A stretch of DNA of 64,000 nucleotides from an uncultured Chloroflexia bacterium (GCA_963734535.1 CAVTHS010000010.1:224001-288000); one strand, 5' to 3'; counted from the first letter of the stretch, positions 44,114-54,999 are shown. Notes: generated by a model from the letters alone, not told the origin. Made by a program: numbers and translations.

Positions 44114-45069
44114 GCCGGGGATCCTGTCCACGCCGACCAGTCACCCATGAACTGGATCTCGAAGGCGAGCTCGACGCCGGTCTCTCGCGCCACCGTCGCC
44201 TGCACGAGCTCGCCGAGCGACCGGACGTCCGCGGCCGAGGCGCCACGATCGTTGACGATCCAGTTGGCGTGCTTCTCCGACACCACGGCACCGCCGATCC
44301 GGCGGCCCTTGAGGCCGCAGCCGTCGACGAGCGCGCCAGCCGATGCACCCTCGGCGGGGTTGCGGAAGACGCTCCCCGCGCTCGGGATCCCGAGCGGCTG
44401 GTGGGCCTGGCGCCAGCGCCGGATCTCGTCGAGGCGGCCGCGGATCGCGGCCGGGTCGTCGGGGGCGAGGCGGAAGGTCGCCGCGACGATGACCTCGGTG
44501 GGCCCGTCCGCCCGCGCGTGCTTGAAGCGGCTCTCGCGGTAGGCCAGCCCGAGCTCCGCGGCCGGCAGGCTGGCCTGGGAGCCGTCCGCCCCCAGGATGA
44601 GCGCCGACTCCAGGATCGCGGCCACGTCGGAGTCGTGGGCTCCGGCGTTCGCCCACACGGCGCCCCCCACGTTGCCCGGGATCGCGAGCCCGAACTCGAG
44701 CCCCGAGAGGCCCGCATCGGCCGTGACGGTCGCCGCCTTCGCCATCGGCAGCCCCGCGTCGGCGACCAGGCGGCCGTCCGCGATCTCGTAGCCCTGCGCC
44801 CGGACGTGGACCAGCAGCCCCCGCACGCCGGCATCGGCGATCACCACGTTGCTGCCCCGGCCCAGGATCGTGTACGGCACCTCCCGTCCACGGGCCAGGC
44901 GGACGAGGCCGCGCAGCTCGAACGGGTTGACCGGAGCCGCGTACAGGTCCGCGGGGCCGCCGACGCGCATCGTGGTGAACCGCGCCAGCGGCTCGTCCCG
45001 CGAGGTCTTGATCCCCAGGCGCCGCTGGATCTCCGTCCCGGCCCGGATCGCGTCGAACGGCATGCTCAT
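44110..45069 (-). CDS. murB: UDP-N-acetylenolpyruvoylglucosamine reductase
   Basis: TTMRVGGPA, GRGSNV, IPGNVGGAV..NAGA, SAGSVFRNP, KHANWIVN. Confidence 0.95.
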   Translation of the reverse strand: MSMPFDAIRAGTEIQRRLGIKTSRDEPLARFTTMRVGGPADLYAAPVNPFELRGLVRLARGREVPYTILGRGSNVVIADAGVRGLLVHVRAQGYEIADGRLVADAGLPMAKAATVTADAGLSGLEFGLAIPGNVGGAVWANAGAHDSDVAAILESALILGADGSQASLPAAELGLAYRESRFKHARADGPTEVIVAATFRLAPDDPAAIRGRLDEIRRWRQAHQPLGIPSAGSVFRNPAEGASAGALVDGCGLKGRRIGGAVVSEKHANWIVNDRGASAADVRSLGELVQATVARETGVELAFEIQFMGDWSAWTGSPA

Positions 45070-46274
45070 CGATCGCGCTCCCGGGGGTCGGCCGCACGAC
45101 CCGGGCCTGTGTCGGCGAGCCCGCCTGGACTCGCGCCCACCGCGGCGAGGCGCGCGATCTCGGCGACCGACGGGTAGGCGGCGCGCGTGGCAGCGGCGAG
45201 CACGAGCCGGGCGACCGCGTCCGCGGCACCCGGCCGCGCCGCTGCCCGGGCGGCGGCGCTCATGGCGAGGTGGCCGGCCGGGTCGTCGAGCAGGTGGGCC
45301 GCGGCGACGAGCGCATCGGCATCGAAGTCCGCGTCGTCGACGACACGCGCGGCACCGGTCGCCGCGTACGCCTCGGCATTCGCGCGCTGGTGGCCGGCCG
45401 CGTGGGGGTAGGGCACGCAGACCATCGGCAGGCCGAACGCGGCAGCCTCGGCGAGGGTCGAGGACCCCGCGCGACCGACCACGAGGTCCGCTGCCGCCAG
45501 CGCCGCGGTCATCTCCTCGGCCAGGAAGGGATACGGGCGGTACCGGTCGCGGCGGCCGGGCGGCAGCGCGTCTCGGGCAGCCTGCATCTCCGCGTAACCA
45601 GCCTCCCCGGTGACGTGGAGGACCCAGCAGCGCTCGACGAGGCGTCCGAGCGCACCGCTGACCGCCTCGTTGAACCGCCGGACGGCCTGGGACCCGCCGA
45701 AGACCAGGAGCAGGCGCGGCCCCGCGGGGATCCCCAGCCGCTCGCGGGCCGCTTCGCGATCGATCGTGCGCGGGTCGCGGATCGGCGTGCCCGTCACGTA
45801 GCAGCGTTCCGCGGCCAGGGCGGCGCAGGTCGCCTCGAAGCTCACGGCGACCGCGTCCGCCAGGCGTGCCGTCGCGCGGACGCTCCGGCCCGGCACCACG
45901 TTGCCCTCCCACAGGACGACCGGGATTCGCAGGAGGCGGGCCGCGGCGAGGACCGGGATTGCCACGTAGCCGCCGCTCGTCACGATCGCGTCGGGCCGGG
46001 CGCGTACCAGCCGCCACACGGCCTGCGGGAAGGAGGCCGCGAGGCGGAGCGGATCGAGGACGAGGTGGACGTCCCGGCCGGCGCTCCGCAGCGAGCGCAG
46101 GGCGAGCCGCGAGAAGGGAATCCCCAATTCCGGGACGATCCCCGCCTCCAGGCCGCGGTACCCGCCGATCCAGGCCAGGTCAGACGCGGCCGGCAGGGCG
46201 CGGAGCGAGCGTGCGACGGCCAGGGCCGGGTAGATGTGCCCGCCCGTGCCGCCTGCCACGATCACCACTCGCAT
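45066..46274 (-). CDS. murG: Lipid II GlcNAc transferase
   Basis: GGTGGHIYP, GGYV, GGSQA, RAGSST.AE, HQRANA. Confidence 0.96.
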   Translation of the reverse strand: MRVVIVAGGTGGHIYPALAVARSLRALPAASDLAWIGGYRGLEAGIVPELGIPFSRLALRSLRSAGRDVHLVLDPLRLAASFPQAVWRLVRARPDAIVTSGGYVAIPVLAAARLLRIPVVLWEGNVVPGRSVRATARLADAVAVSFEATCAALAAERCYVTGTPIRDPRTIDREAARERLGIPAGPRLLLVFGGSQAVRRFNEAVSGALGRLVERCWVLHVTGEAGYAEMQAARDALPPGRRDRYRPYPFLAEEMTAALAAADLVVGRAGSSTLAEAAAFGLPMVCVPYPHAAGHQRANAEAYAATGAARVVDDADFDADALVAAAHLLDDPAGHLAMSAAARAAARPGAADAVARLVLAAATRAAYPSVAEIARLAAVGASPGGLADTGPGRAADPRERDR

Positions 46275-47397
46275 CCACCCATCCTCCGTGTGCCGCAGTC
46301 TCGCGGGAGATCGAGAGCAGGATGCCGACGGCCGCCAGGCTCACGATGAGCGACGACCCCCCGGCAGAGACGAACGGCAGCGTGATCCCCGTCACGGGGA
46401 GCAGCGTCACGACCACGCCGATGTTCACGAATGCCTGGACGCAGAGGTAGGCCGTGATGCCTGCCGCGAGCAGCGCCCCGAAGGTGTCGGGTGCCGCAAG
46501 CGAGATGCGCATTCCGCGCCAGGCAAGCAGCATGAACGCGATCACCACGAGGGACGCGCCCACGAAGCCGAACTCCTGGCCGACCACGGCGAAGATGTAG
46601 TCGTTGTGGGCATTCGGGAGGACGATCCCGCCCGCGGCGGCGCGGTCTCCGAGGCCCGCGCCGAAGAGCCCACCCAGCCCGAGCGCCAGGAGCCCCTGGA
46701 CGCTGTGGAAGCCCGTCGTGAGGGCATGGTCGAACGGGTTCTGGAACGCCTGCAGCCGCTCGAGCTGGTAATCCTTGAGGGCCATGGAGGCGGCCAGCGC
46801 CGCGGCGCCGCCGAGGGCCACGATTCCCATCAGGTTCCCGCCCGCGACGAAGAGCATCACCACGACCGTGATCCCGAGCACGGCCGTGGACCCGAGGTCG
46901 GGCGACTTGAAGATCAGGATCAGGAACGGCGCGACGATCGCGACGAAGGGGATCAAGCCACCCCGGATCGAGCCGATCTCGGTGCCCCGGCGCGCCATCC
47001 AGTGGGCGATGTAGACGACGAGGGCGAGCTTGGCGAACTCTCCGGGCTGGATGACGGGAATGCCGGGGAGCTTGAGCCACTGCGTGGAGCCGCTGACCTC
47101 GACGCGCCACGGCGAGAAGAGGACGAGGGCCAGCAGGATGCCCGCGCCCAGGAGGGCCGGCATCGAGAGGAGCCGGAGCCAGCGGTAGTCCGAGCGCATC
47201 GCGATGAGCATGCCAACCATCCCGACGGCAGCCCAGACCGACTGCGGGCCGACCGTGGCGAGCGTGCCGTCCCCGTCCGCGTAGCCGGCCATCGCCGAGC
47301 TCGAGTAGACCATGAGGATGCCGAGGCCGGTCAGTGCCACGACGATGGCGAGCACGATCGCGTCCGGTGCGTGGCGCTCGCGCACGTCGACGGCCAT
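46180..47397 (-). CDS. ftsW: SEDS peptidoglycan polymerase FtsW
   Basis: MVYSSS, IQPGEFAK, PDLG, LPNAHNDYIF, GITLPFVSAGGSS. Confidence 0.93.
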   Translation of the reverse strand: MAVDVRERHAPDAIVLAIVVALTGLGILMVYSSSAMAGYADGDGTLATVGPQSVWAAVGMVGMLIAMRSDYRWLRLLSMPALLGAGILLALVLFSPWRVEVSGSTQWLKLPGIPVIQPGEFAKLALVVYIAHWMARRGTEIGSIRGGLIPFVAIVAPFLILIFKSPDLGSTAVLGITVVVMLFVAGGNLMGIVALGGAAALAASMALKDYQLERLQAFQNPFDHALTTGFHSVQGLLALGLGGLFGAGLGDRAAAGGIVLPNAHNDYIFAVVGQEFGFVGASLVVIAFMLLAWRGMRISLAAPDTFGALLAAGITAYLCVQAFVNIGVVVTLLPVTGITLPFVSAGGSSLIVSLAAVGILLSISRETAAHGGWVDASGDRGRRHGRAHLPGPGRRTLAPRPAGRV

Positions 47398-47399
47398 CG

Positions 47400-48976
47400 T
47401 CAGCGGCCCCGGTCCGCGCTCGTCGCGGCGCGGCGTCGGCCGAAGCGGCGGCCGCGGCCACCCGAGCGACCGCGACCTTGAAGGCGCGACCGCGCGCAGC
47501 GTAGTCGGGGAACTGGTCGAAGCTGGCCGCGGCCGGGCTGAGGAGCACCGTCGCCACGCTGCCCGGCGCGGCGCCGGCCAGGAGCTCGCGGGCGAGGGCG
47601 TCGGCGCGCGGGACGGCAACCTCGAGCGTCCCGGCCTCCTCGACGCGCGGACACCCGGCCTCCCGGAAGAGCCCCGCGAGCGTCGGCCCCGACTCCCCGA
47701 TGAGGACGGCGGCGGCGGCACGCTCGGCGACCACCGGGGCGAGGGCCCGCAGGTCAACGCCCTTGTCGCGCCCACCGGCGATGAGGATGAGCGGCGCATC
47801 GAAGCTGCGCAGCGCCGCGGCCACGGCGTCGGGCTGGGTTCCCTGCGAATCGTTGACGAAGCGGACCCCGTCCACCAGGCCCACCGGCTCGAGGCGATGC
47901 TCGACGCCTTCGAACGTCGCCGCCGCAGCGCGGATGGCGTCCGGCGCGAGGCCGAAGAGGAGTCCGACGGCCACGCCAGCCAGGAGGTTCGCGAGATTGT
48001 GCCGACCGGGCAACGAGAACTCCCCGATCGGCATGATCCGACCCGCCGGCCCCGTCCAGGCCGGGCCGCCGCCGATGATCGGCAGCCGCTCCACGGCCGC
48101 GGTGACCACCCAGCCGTCGACGATCCCGACCCCGCCGCCGATCGGGTGTTCGAGCCGGTAGCAGACCGCCGGAGCCGTTCCCAGGCCCGCGTAGCCGCCG
48201 ACGACCGGGTCGTCGAGGTTGAGGACGAGCGCTCCGTCCGGATCGACGAGCTCCGCCAGGCGCCGCTTCACCGCCCGATAGGCCGCCAGCGACCCGTGGC
48301 GATCCAGGTGATCGGCGGTGACATTCGTGTAGACAGCCACGGTCGTGCCCCGCGTCAGGCTGGGCAGCTGCAGCTCGGAGAGCTCGAGCACGACCCGGTG
48401 CTCCGGGGTGAGCTCGGTCACGCGGTCGATCAGCGGCACGCCGATGTTCCCGCCGAGCACGACCGGATGCGACGCATCCGCCGCGAGGAGGTGGGCGATG
48501 AGCGACGCGGTGGTGGTCTTGCCCTTCGTCCCGGTGACCCCGATCGTGGGCGCCGGGCAGAGGCGAAGCGTCAGATCCGGCTCCGAGACCATGGCGGGTG
48601 CGCCCGGGTCGCCGCCCGCGAGGCGTGCCGCCAGGCTGTCGAGCGCAGCCCGGAGGCGGGGCTCCGTGGTCGGGAACCCGGGCGTGATCGACGGCGAGAA
48701 CGCCACGAGCGCAGCGTCCTCCCAGGCCGACGCCGGGTCGACGTCGGGCCCGACCAGGAGCCTGATCGCCGTGCCGTCGAGCTCCGCGAGCCGGTCGCCG
48801 AGCGCGCCTTCGGGCTTGCCGTCGTACACGGTGACCGCGGCCCCGGCGCCGGCGAGGAAGCGCGCCAGCCCGACCCCGGTCCGCGCCAGCCCCAGCACGG
48901 TCACCGGTACCCCGGCAAGCGCGCCGGCGCGAACCCCTTCGAGGGTCAGCGCGTCGAGGTCGAACGGGGTCGGCAT
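47400..48976 (-). CDS. murD: UDP-MurNAc-L-Ala--D-Glu ligase; no in-frame stop at the expected position
   Basis: GLARTG, GVTGTKGKTTT, GGNIG, DHLDRH, EHRLE, LLSPAAASFDQF; the end coordinate is inferred. Confidence 0.9.
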
Positions 48977-48978
48977 CG

Positions 48979-49956
48979 TCAGACCAGCCGCTGGAGCGTG
49001 GCCAGGAAGAGGGTTACGCCGAGCAGGCCGGCCAGCGCAGCGACAATCCAGAAGCGGAGGGTGATCTTCGTCTCCGGCCAACCGCCGAGCTCGAAGTGGT
49101 GGTGCAGCGGGGCCATCCGAAAGAAGCGCCGGCCGTGGCTCATCTTGAAGAAGCCAATCTGGATGACGTCGCTCAAGACCTCGACCACGAAGATGACCCC
49201 GATGAGCGGGAGGATCAGGATCTGCCCGGTGATCAGGGAGACGACGGCAAGCGTGGCTCCCAGGCTCATCGAGCCCGAGTCGCCCATGAAGATCTGCGCC
49301 GGGTGGACGTTGAACCACAGGAAGCCCAGCAGCGCCCCGATCAGCAGCGAGCACAGGATCGCGAGGTTCGGCTGGGCGGGGTTGTTCAGCAGGGCGATGA
49401 TCAGGAACGAGACGAAGGCGAAGATCAGGGTCCCGCCGGCCAGGCCGTCGAGCCCGTCGGTGAGGTTGACGCCGTTGCTCATGGACACGATCGCGAAGGC
49501 CGCGAACGCGATGTAGAGCCACGGCGCGATCGACACCGCCCCCACGAACGGGACGCCCACGGCCACGATGTCGTACGTGCGCTGGATCTGCCACGCCGCG
49601 AAGACCGCGACCGCCGTCTGCCACAGGAGCTTCTGGCGCGCCCGGATCCCGTCGCCCGTCCGCGCGTTGAGCCAGTCGTCCGCGAATCCAAGCGCGCCGA
49701 CCAGGCCGAGCGCCGCCAGCGGGGCGAAGGTGGAGGCGTCGACGAGGTTGAAGACGAGCGCGAGCGCCCCTACGACCATGATCAGGAGGGTCCCCCCGGC
49801 CGTGGGCGTCCCGCCCTTGACCTGGTGGCTCTCCGGCCCGTCCATCCGGATCTGCTTTGCGAACCCGGCCCAGCGCATGAGCCTGATGTACGCCGGCATC
49901 AGGATCACGACGATGGCGAACGCGAGCAGGATCGCCTGGATCAGCTCGACGGTCAC
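48979..49956 (-). CDS. mraY: Phospho-N-acetylmuramoyl-pentapeptide transferase
   Basis: KGGTPTAGG, GFADD, NLTDGLDGL, FMGDSGS, MAPLHHHFE. Confidence 0.96.
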   Translation of the reverse strand: MTVELIQAILLAFAIVVILMPAYIRLMRWAGFAKQIRMDGPESHQVKGGTPTAGGTLLIMVVGALALVFNLVDASTFAPLAALGLVGALGFADDWLNARTGDGIRARQKLLWQTAVAVFAAWQIQRTYDIVAVGVPFVGAVSIAPWLYIAFAAFAIVSMSNGVNLTDGLDGLAGGTLIFAFVSFLIIALLNNPAQPNLAILCSLLIGALLGFLWFNVHPAQIFMGDSGSMSLGATLAVVSLITGQILILPLIGVIFVVEVLSDVIQIGFFKMSHGRRFFRMAPLHHHFELGGWPETKITLRFWIVAALAGLLGVTLFLATLQRLV

Positions 49957-51412
49957 GCCGGGATCCCGGTTCGGAGGGCGTCCACGATCGACTCGAGGGC
50001 GGCCCCGCGCGACGCCTTGACGAGCACCGCGTCCCCGGGCCGGAGGATCGCCCGGAGGATCTCGATCGCGGCCGCCCGGTCGGAGACCCGGTGGACGTGC
50101 GAAACCGCGAGCCCGGCTGCGACGGCGCCGTCCGCGATGCCACGCGCGCCGTCTCCCACCACGACGAGCTCGGTCACGCCGCGGCCCGCGGCCTCGCCGA
50201 CCACGCGATGGCTCTCGGCGTGCGCGTCGCCCAGCTCGAGCATCTCGCCGAGCACCGCGACCGGCCGGCCCGGCAGTGAGGCGAGCACCTCGAGCGCCGC
50301 GAGGACCGCTGGGGGCGAGGCGTTGTAGGTGTCGTCGAGGATCGTGATGCCGGGTGCCTCCACGATCGCGCCCCGGTGGGAGGAGGCCGACCCCCAGGCC
50401 GTCGCCAGGCCGGCCGCGATCGCCTCGTCGGGGATGCCGGCGAGCAGCCCCACTGCAGCGGCGGCGAGGGAGTTCTGGACACTGTGGCGGCCCAGCGCCG
50501 CGATCTCGACCCCGAACCGCGTCCTGCGCGGTGCTCGCGCCACCAGGTCGAAGGTCATGCCGCGGGGACCGCGCGCGACGACCCGGTCGGCGGTCACGTC
50601 CGCGTCCGCCGCGAAGCCATAGCGGATCACGGATGCGCGCGTGCGCGACCCGAAGAGGCGCACCCGCTGGTCGTCCGCGTTGAGGACCGCCGTACCGTCC
50701 TCGGGCAGCGCCTCCACCAGCTCCGCCTTCGCCCGCTCGATCGCCTCCAGGCTGCCGGCCCGCTCCTGGTGGACCGGCGCGATCGAGGTGACGACGCCGA
50801 TCTCCGGCCGCGCGAGACGGGCGAGCGTCGCGATCTCGCCCCCGACGTACATCCCCATCTCGAGGACGGCGGCCCGGTGGACGGGCCCCAGGCGCAGGAG
50901 CGTCAACGGCAGCCCGACCTCGTTGTTCGCGTTGCCCTCGCTCTTCAGGGTCGGAAGCGCGGCAGCGAGGACGGCTGCGGTCGCGTCCTTCGTCGAGGTC
51001 TTGGCGAGGCTGCCGGTGATCCCGACCACGAGCGGGTCGAACCGGGCCCGCCAGGCGGCCGCGATCGCCTGGAGGCCGACGGAGCGTGTCGGGCACGCGG
51101 ACGATGGACGCGTCTTCCATCGTCCGGAGGGCGCCATCGTCGACCGGGCGGCTCACCAGCACGGCGGTGGCCCCGGCGGCCACCGCGGCGGCGAGGAAGC
51201 GATGGCCGTCGGTCCGCTCGCCCGGCAGGGCCACGAAGAGGTTGCCGGGCTCGACCACGCGCGAGTCCACGGCGCCGCCCCGGATCGGTCGCCCGGCATC
51301 GCGAAGCAGCGCTCCCGCCGGTCGCAGCGACGAGATCGGCGGCACGCATCGCGGGAGCGGCAGCCGGCTGGGTCGGGTCGCCGCCCCCGCCGGGCGCCGG
51401 CACGGTGCTCAC
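49953..51412 (-). CDS. murF: UDP-MurNAc-tripeptide--D-Ala-D-Ala ligase, two frameshifts (~51081, ~51313)
   Basis: DSR...LFVALPGERTDGH, GITGSLAKTSTK, NNEVGLP, DDTYNASP, GEMLELG, VKASRG spread over three frames. Confidence 0.9.
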
Positions 51413-51438
51413 GCCGGGGAGTGTCGCACAGGGCGCGC

Positions 51439-53286
51439 TCACGGGCGCGCCGACGCGGCGGGCGCCGACGGGGACGGAGCAGGGCGGATCGGCGGGAGGT
51501 CGAGCGTCGTCATCGCGTCGGTCGCAATCCGTCGGAAGAGCTCGAACGACTCGACGGCATTCTCCATGTTTCCGGACACGTTCACGATCGGCCTGCCCTC
51601 GGTGATACGGACGGCCACGACCAGCTCGGGCGCGGTGCGGCCCACGAACCCGACGAACGAGAAGTTGTAGACGTCGGTCCGGAAGCTGCCGGTCTTCGAG
51701 TCCCAGATCTGGGCGGTGCCGGTCTTGCCGCCGACCAGGTAGCCGGGGATGAGCGTCCGGGCCCGGTAGAACGGGACGACGTTCACGACCCGTTCCATGA
51801 TCGCGGTGAGGTCGGCCGAGAGCGCGGGGGTCATGACCCGGCCCCGGTCGGCCGAGGTCGTGGGCGTGTCGCCGGTCTCCTTCACGACGTGGGGGGTCGG
51901 CAGCGTCCCGCCGTTCACCATCGCGCTGTAGGCGGTCGCCAGCTGCAGCAGCGTGACCGCGACTCCCTGGCCGAAGGAGCCGTTCGCGAGGTCGATCTGC
52001 TGCCACGGCTGGACTGCAGGGTCGCGGACGAGGCCGGGCACCTCCCCAGCCACGTCGATCCCGGTGAGCGCGCCGAACCCGAGGCGGGTCCACGCGTCGT
52101 GGAGGACGGTGGCGGCCTGCCGGGTGGTGGTGCCGAGCTTGAGCGCGACCTTCGACATGACCACGTTGCGGGACCACGCAACGGCATCCTGGAACGAAAG
52201 CGTGCCCTTGCTGCCCCGGTCGGCGTTCTGCACCATGGCCCGCCCCCCGTCGAGCCGGAGGACCGCCTGGTCGCTCAGCCTGGTGGTCCGCGTGACGACC
52301 CCCGCCTGGAGCGCCGCGGTGGCGGTCAGCAGCTTGAAGACCGATCCCGGCTCATAGACGCTCGAGACGATCGGGTCGATGAAGCGGGACGGGTCCCTGG
52401 CCGCGATCGCGCCGTAGTCGTTCCCGTCGTAGCTGGGGTACGTCGCCGAGGCCAGGATCTCGCCCGACTTCGGGTCCATGACGACGCCCGAGACGCTCTT
52501 CGCATGATCCGCGACCCAGGCCGCGTAGACCTCCTGCTCCAGCTTGAGCTGGAGGCTCGCGTCGATGGTCAGCGTGACCGACGTCCCCGGCGAGCCGGGC
52601 TGCAGCGTCTGTGCGTTCTCGAGGATCGGCCGGCCCGACCCATCCCGCTGGGCGAGGAGGACCTGCGGGTTGCCTGCCAGCAGATCCTGCCAGCGGCCCT
52701 CGATCCCGTACTGGCCGGTCCCGTCGCGGTTGACGAACCCCAGCAGCTGTGCCGCCAGGGTCGTGCCGGTCGCGCCACCCGCGAGGGGGTAGACACGGAC
52801 CGGCTCCGGCTCCAGGCGGAGCTGGACGAGCGAGCCGTCGGCAAGGCCGGCCTTGATGGCGCTCGACTGGGCCGGCGTCAGGCCATGGGCCAGGACGACG
52901 TAGGCGTTGCCCCCGGCGAGCTTCGCCCGAAGCGCATCGGCGTCGCCGCGTGCCAGGCCGAGGATCGCGGTGAGGCCCGATGCCACGCGCTCGCGCAACG
53001 CGGCGGTGTCGGCGTCGGTCGGGCCGGTCATCTGCGCAGGGAAGGCGGCCAGGAGGTCACGCTCCACGGACGTGGCGAGCACGACCGTCCCGCTCCGGTC
53101 GTAGATCGTCCCGCGCACGGGCGGGACCTCGATGCGCGCCGTCACCTGGTCCCGGGCGCGCGCCACCAGCTCGTCGTGGCGCACGAACTGCCAGTAGCCG
53201 AGCCGCCCGATGCAGGCGACGCCGAAGACGGCCATGAGCACCAGGACGAGCAGGCTTCGCGGGCGGCTGTCGGTCCGGCCGAGCAT
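51439..53286 (-). CDS. ftsI: Class B penicillin-binding protein (FtsI-like)
   Basis: RGTIYDR, YEPGSVFK (SxxK), SRN (SxN), GKTGT. Confidence 0.93.
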   Translation of the reverse strand: MLGRTDSRPRSLLVLVLMAVFGVACIGRLGYWQFVRHDELVARARDQVTARIEVPPVRGTIYDRSGTVVLATSVERDLLAAFPAQMTGPTDADTAALRERVASGLTAILGLARGDADALRAKLAGGNAYVVLAHGLTPAQSSAIKAGLADGSLVQLRLEPEPVRVYPLAGGATGTTLAAQLLGFVNRDGTGQYGIEGRWQDLLAGNPQVLLAQRDGSGRPILENAQTLQPGSPGTSVTLTIDASLQLKLEQEVYAAWVADHAKSVSGVVMDPKSGEILASATYPSYDGNDYGAIAARDPSRFIDPIVSSVYEPGSVFKLLTATAALQAGVVTRTTRLSDQAVLRLDGGRAMVQNADRGSKGTLSFQDAVAWSRNVVMSKVALKLGTTTRQAATVLHDAWTRLGFGALTGIDVAGEVPGLVRDPAVQPWQQIDLANGSFGQGVAVTLLQLATAYSAMVNGGTLPTPHVVKETGDTPTTSADRGRVMTPALSADLTAIMERVVNVVPFYRARTLIPGYLVGGKTGTAQIWDSKTGSFRTDVYNFSFVGFVGRTAPELVVAVRITEGRPIVNVSGNMENAVESFELFRRIATDAMTTLDLPPIRPAPSPSAPAASARP

Positions 53287-53336
53287 CAGGTGCGCAACCT
53301 CGTTCGTTCAGGCGATCGGGCGGTCACCGTTGCCGG

Positions 53337-53762
53337 CTATCGCGCAGGGACGACGAGCGGGTCGACAAGCTGCCCGAGACCCGCGTCGAGGGCGAGCTTC
53401 CGGATGGCCGGTTCGCGCCCGAGGCGCGACAGGTCCGCGATCATGTCGCGTTCGTTCGCCTCGAGCTCCTGGCGCGCCGCGACCAGGCGGTCGACGTCGA
53501 ACTCGGTGGCCGAGACGCTGATGGTCTGGGTGAGCGAGTAGAGCCCGAGCAGGAAGACCACGACGATGCCGACGATCAGGAGCCCGACCCGGCCCTGGCG
53601 ACGGCGCGACCGGACCGCCGAGGCTCCCCGCAGACCGCGTCGCGGAAGGTCGACGGCGCGGTCGGAGCGGATCGTGCCGCGCCTCGTGGCGGGCGTGTCC
53701 TCCCGGCGGCGCGGCGCCAGGACACCGGAACGCGGTCGCGCGCCGGCGTAGCCCGCCATCAC
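53337..53762 (-). CDS. ftsL: FtsL-like cell division protein
   Basis: Basic N-terminus, one transmembrane helix, short coiled coil; directly upstream of ftsI. Confidence 0.7.
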   Translation of the reverse strand: MMAGYAGARPRSGVLAPRRREDTPATRRGTIRSDRAVDLPRRGLRGASAVRSRRRQGRVGLLIVGIVVVFLLGLYSLTQTISVSATEFDVDRLVAARQELEANERDMIADLSRLGREPAIRKLALDAGLGQLVDPLVVPAR

Positions 53763-53956
53763 TCCACCCCGAGATAGGCACTGCCGTAGGCCGGCAGCCC
53801 CAGCTCTCGGACGGCAACGTCCATCCCCGCAAACAATTCCTCGCCGAGCTCACGCACCTCGTCGAGCGCGGACCAGGCGCGGTCGCGACGCTCGCGGATC
53901 TCGTGCTCCCGGCGGCCATACGACCTCCGCCGCTGGGTCTGGTGACGCTTGCTCAT
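53759..53956 (-). CDS. Hypothetical 65-aa protein inside the dcw cluster
   Basis: GGAGGAGG RBS, MSKRHQTQRRRSYGRR...; stop overlaps the ftsL start. Confidence 0.65.
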   Translation of the reverse strand: MSKRHQTQRRRSYGRREHEIRERRDRAWSALDEVRELGEELFAGMDVAVRELGLPAYGSAYLGVE

Positions 53957-53993
53957 CGGTGCGAGCCCTCCTCCACCGTGATGCCGGGACGGC

Positions 53994-54938
53994 TCATGCG
54001 GCGAGCCGTTCCGCGGTCCGGAGCCGGGCGCTCCGGGCGCGGGGGTTCGCGGCGACCTCCGCCTCCGAGGGCACCGCCGGCTGGTGGCCGACGGGGCGGA
54101 GACGGGGGGCCCGGCCGCAGACACAGACGGGGAAGCTGGGTGGACAGGTGCAGCCGCGACGCTCGGCCGCGACGAAGCGCTTGACCAGGCGGTCCTCGAG
54201 CGAGTGGTAGGCCAGGACGACCAGCCGACCGCCCGGGCGAAGCAGCCCGACGGCCGCGTCGAGGGCCGCCTCGAGAGCGTCGAGCTCGCCGTTGACGGCG
54301 ATCCGGAGCGCCTGGAAGACGCGCGTGGCGGGGTGGATCCGCCCGGCCCGGCCCGGCCGCCGCGGGACCACCCGCTCGACGAGCGAGGCGAACGTCTCGG
54401 CGGTCGCGACCGGGGCCCCCTCGCGAGCCGCGACGATGGCGCGCGCGATCCGCCGTGCATGGGGCTCCTCGCCGTAGCGCCGGAACAGGTCGCCGAGCTC
54501 TGTCTCGTCCAGCTCGGCGAGGAGCGCCGCGGCCGGCCGCCCGGCGTCGGGGTCGAAGCGCATGTCGAGCGGGCCCTCGGCGCGGAAGCTGAACCCGCGA
54601 TCGGCGTCGCCGAGCTGGAAGGAGCTCAGGCCGAGGTCAAGCAGGATTCCATCGACCGCCCCGAACCCGGCCGCCGGCGCGACGCTCGCGAGATCCCGGA
54701 AGTTCGCCTGCCGGAGGACGAGCCGATCGCCGAAGCGGGCGAGCCGTTCCCCTGTCCGCGCGATCGCGGCGGGGTCGGCGTCGAGCCCGAGGACGCGGCC
54801 GTCCGGGCTGGCGGCCTCCAGGATCCGCTCGGTGTGCCCACCGCCACCGACGGTTCCGTCGACATGAAGACTGCCGGGGCGCGGGGCGAGCATCGTGATG
54901 ACCTCCTCCGCGAGCACCGGCAGGTGCCCAAGCTCCAT
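53994..54938 (-). CDS. rsmH: 16S rRNA C1402 N4-methyltransferase
   Basis: HLPVL, DGTVGGGGH, DLGLSS.QL, LDMRFD, FQALRIAVNGEL, HSLEDR, NPRARSARLR. Confidence 0.96.
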   Translation of the reverse strand: MELGHLPVLAEEVITMLAPRPGSLHVDGTVGGGGHTERILEAASPDGRVLGLDADPAAIARTGERLARFGDRLVLRQANFRDLASVAPAAGFGAVDGILLDLGLSSFQLGDADRGFSFRAEGPLDMRFDPDAGRPAAALLAELDETELGDLFRRYGEEPHARRIARAIVAAREGAPVATAETFASLVERVVPRRPGRAGRIHPATRVFQALRIAVNGELDALEAALDAAVGLLRPGGRLVVLAYHSLEDRLVKRFVAAERRGCTCPPSFPVCVCGRAPRLRPVGHQPAVPSEAEVAANPRARSARLRTAERLAA

Positions 54939-54999
54939 GTCTACCTCACCGCCGACGAACGGATCCCGAGCGGATCCTGGAAGCGCATGTAGTGCGGCG

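Noticed and set aside
46262-50143. 1293-aa ORF as a giant Mur fusion
   Set aside because: Only the middle matches MurD; the rest is off-frame readthrough of mraY and ftsW in GC-rich DNA.
49953-51412. murF, sucD, DUF2520 and DinB-like genes as pseudogenes
   Set aside because: Motifs are intact and only single-base insertions interrupt them, so sequencing error is more likely.
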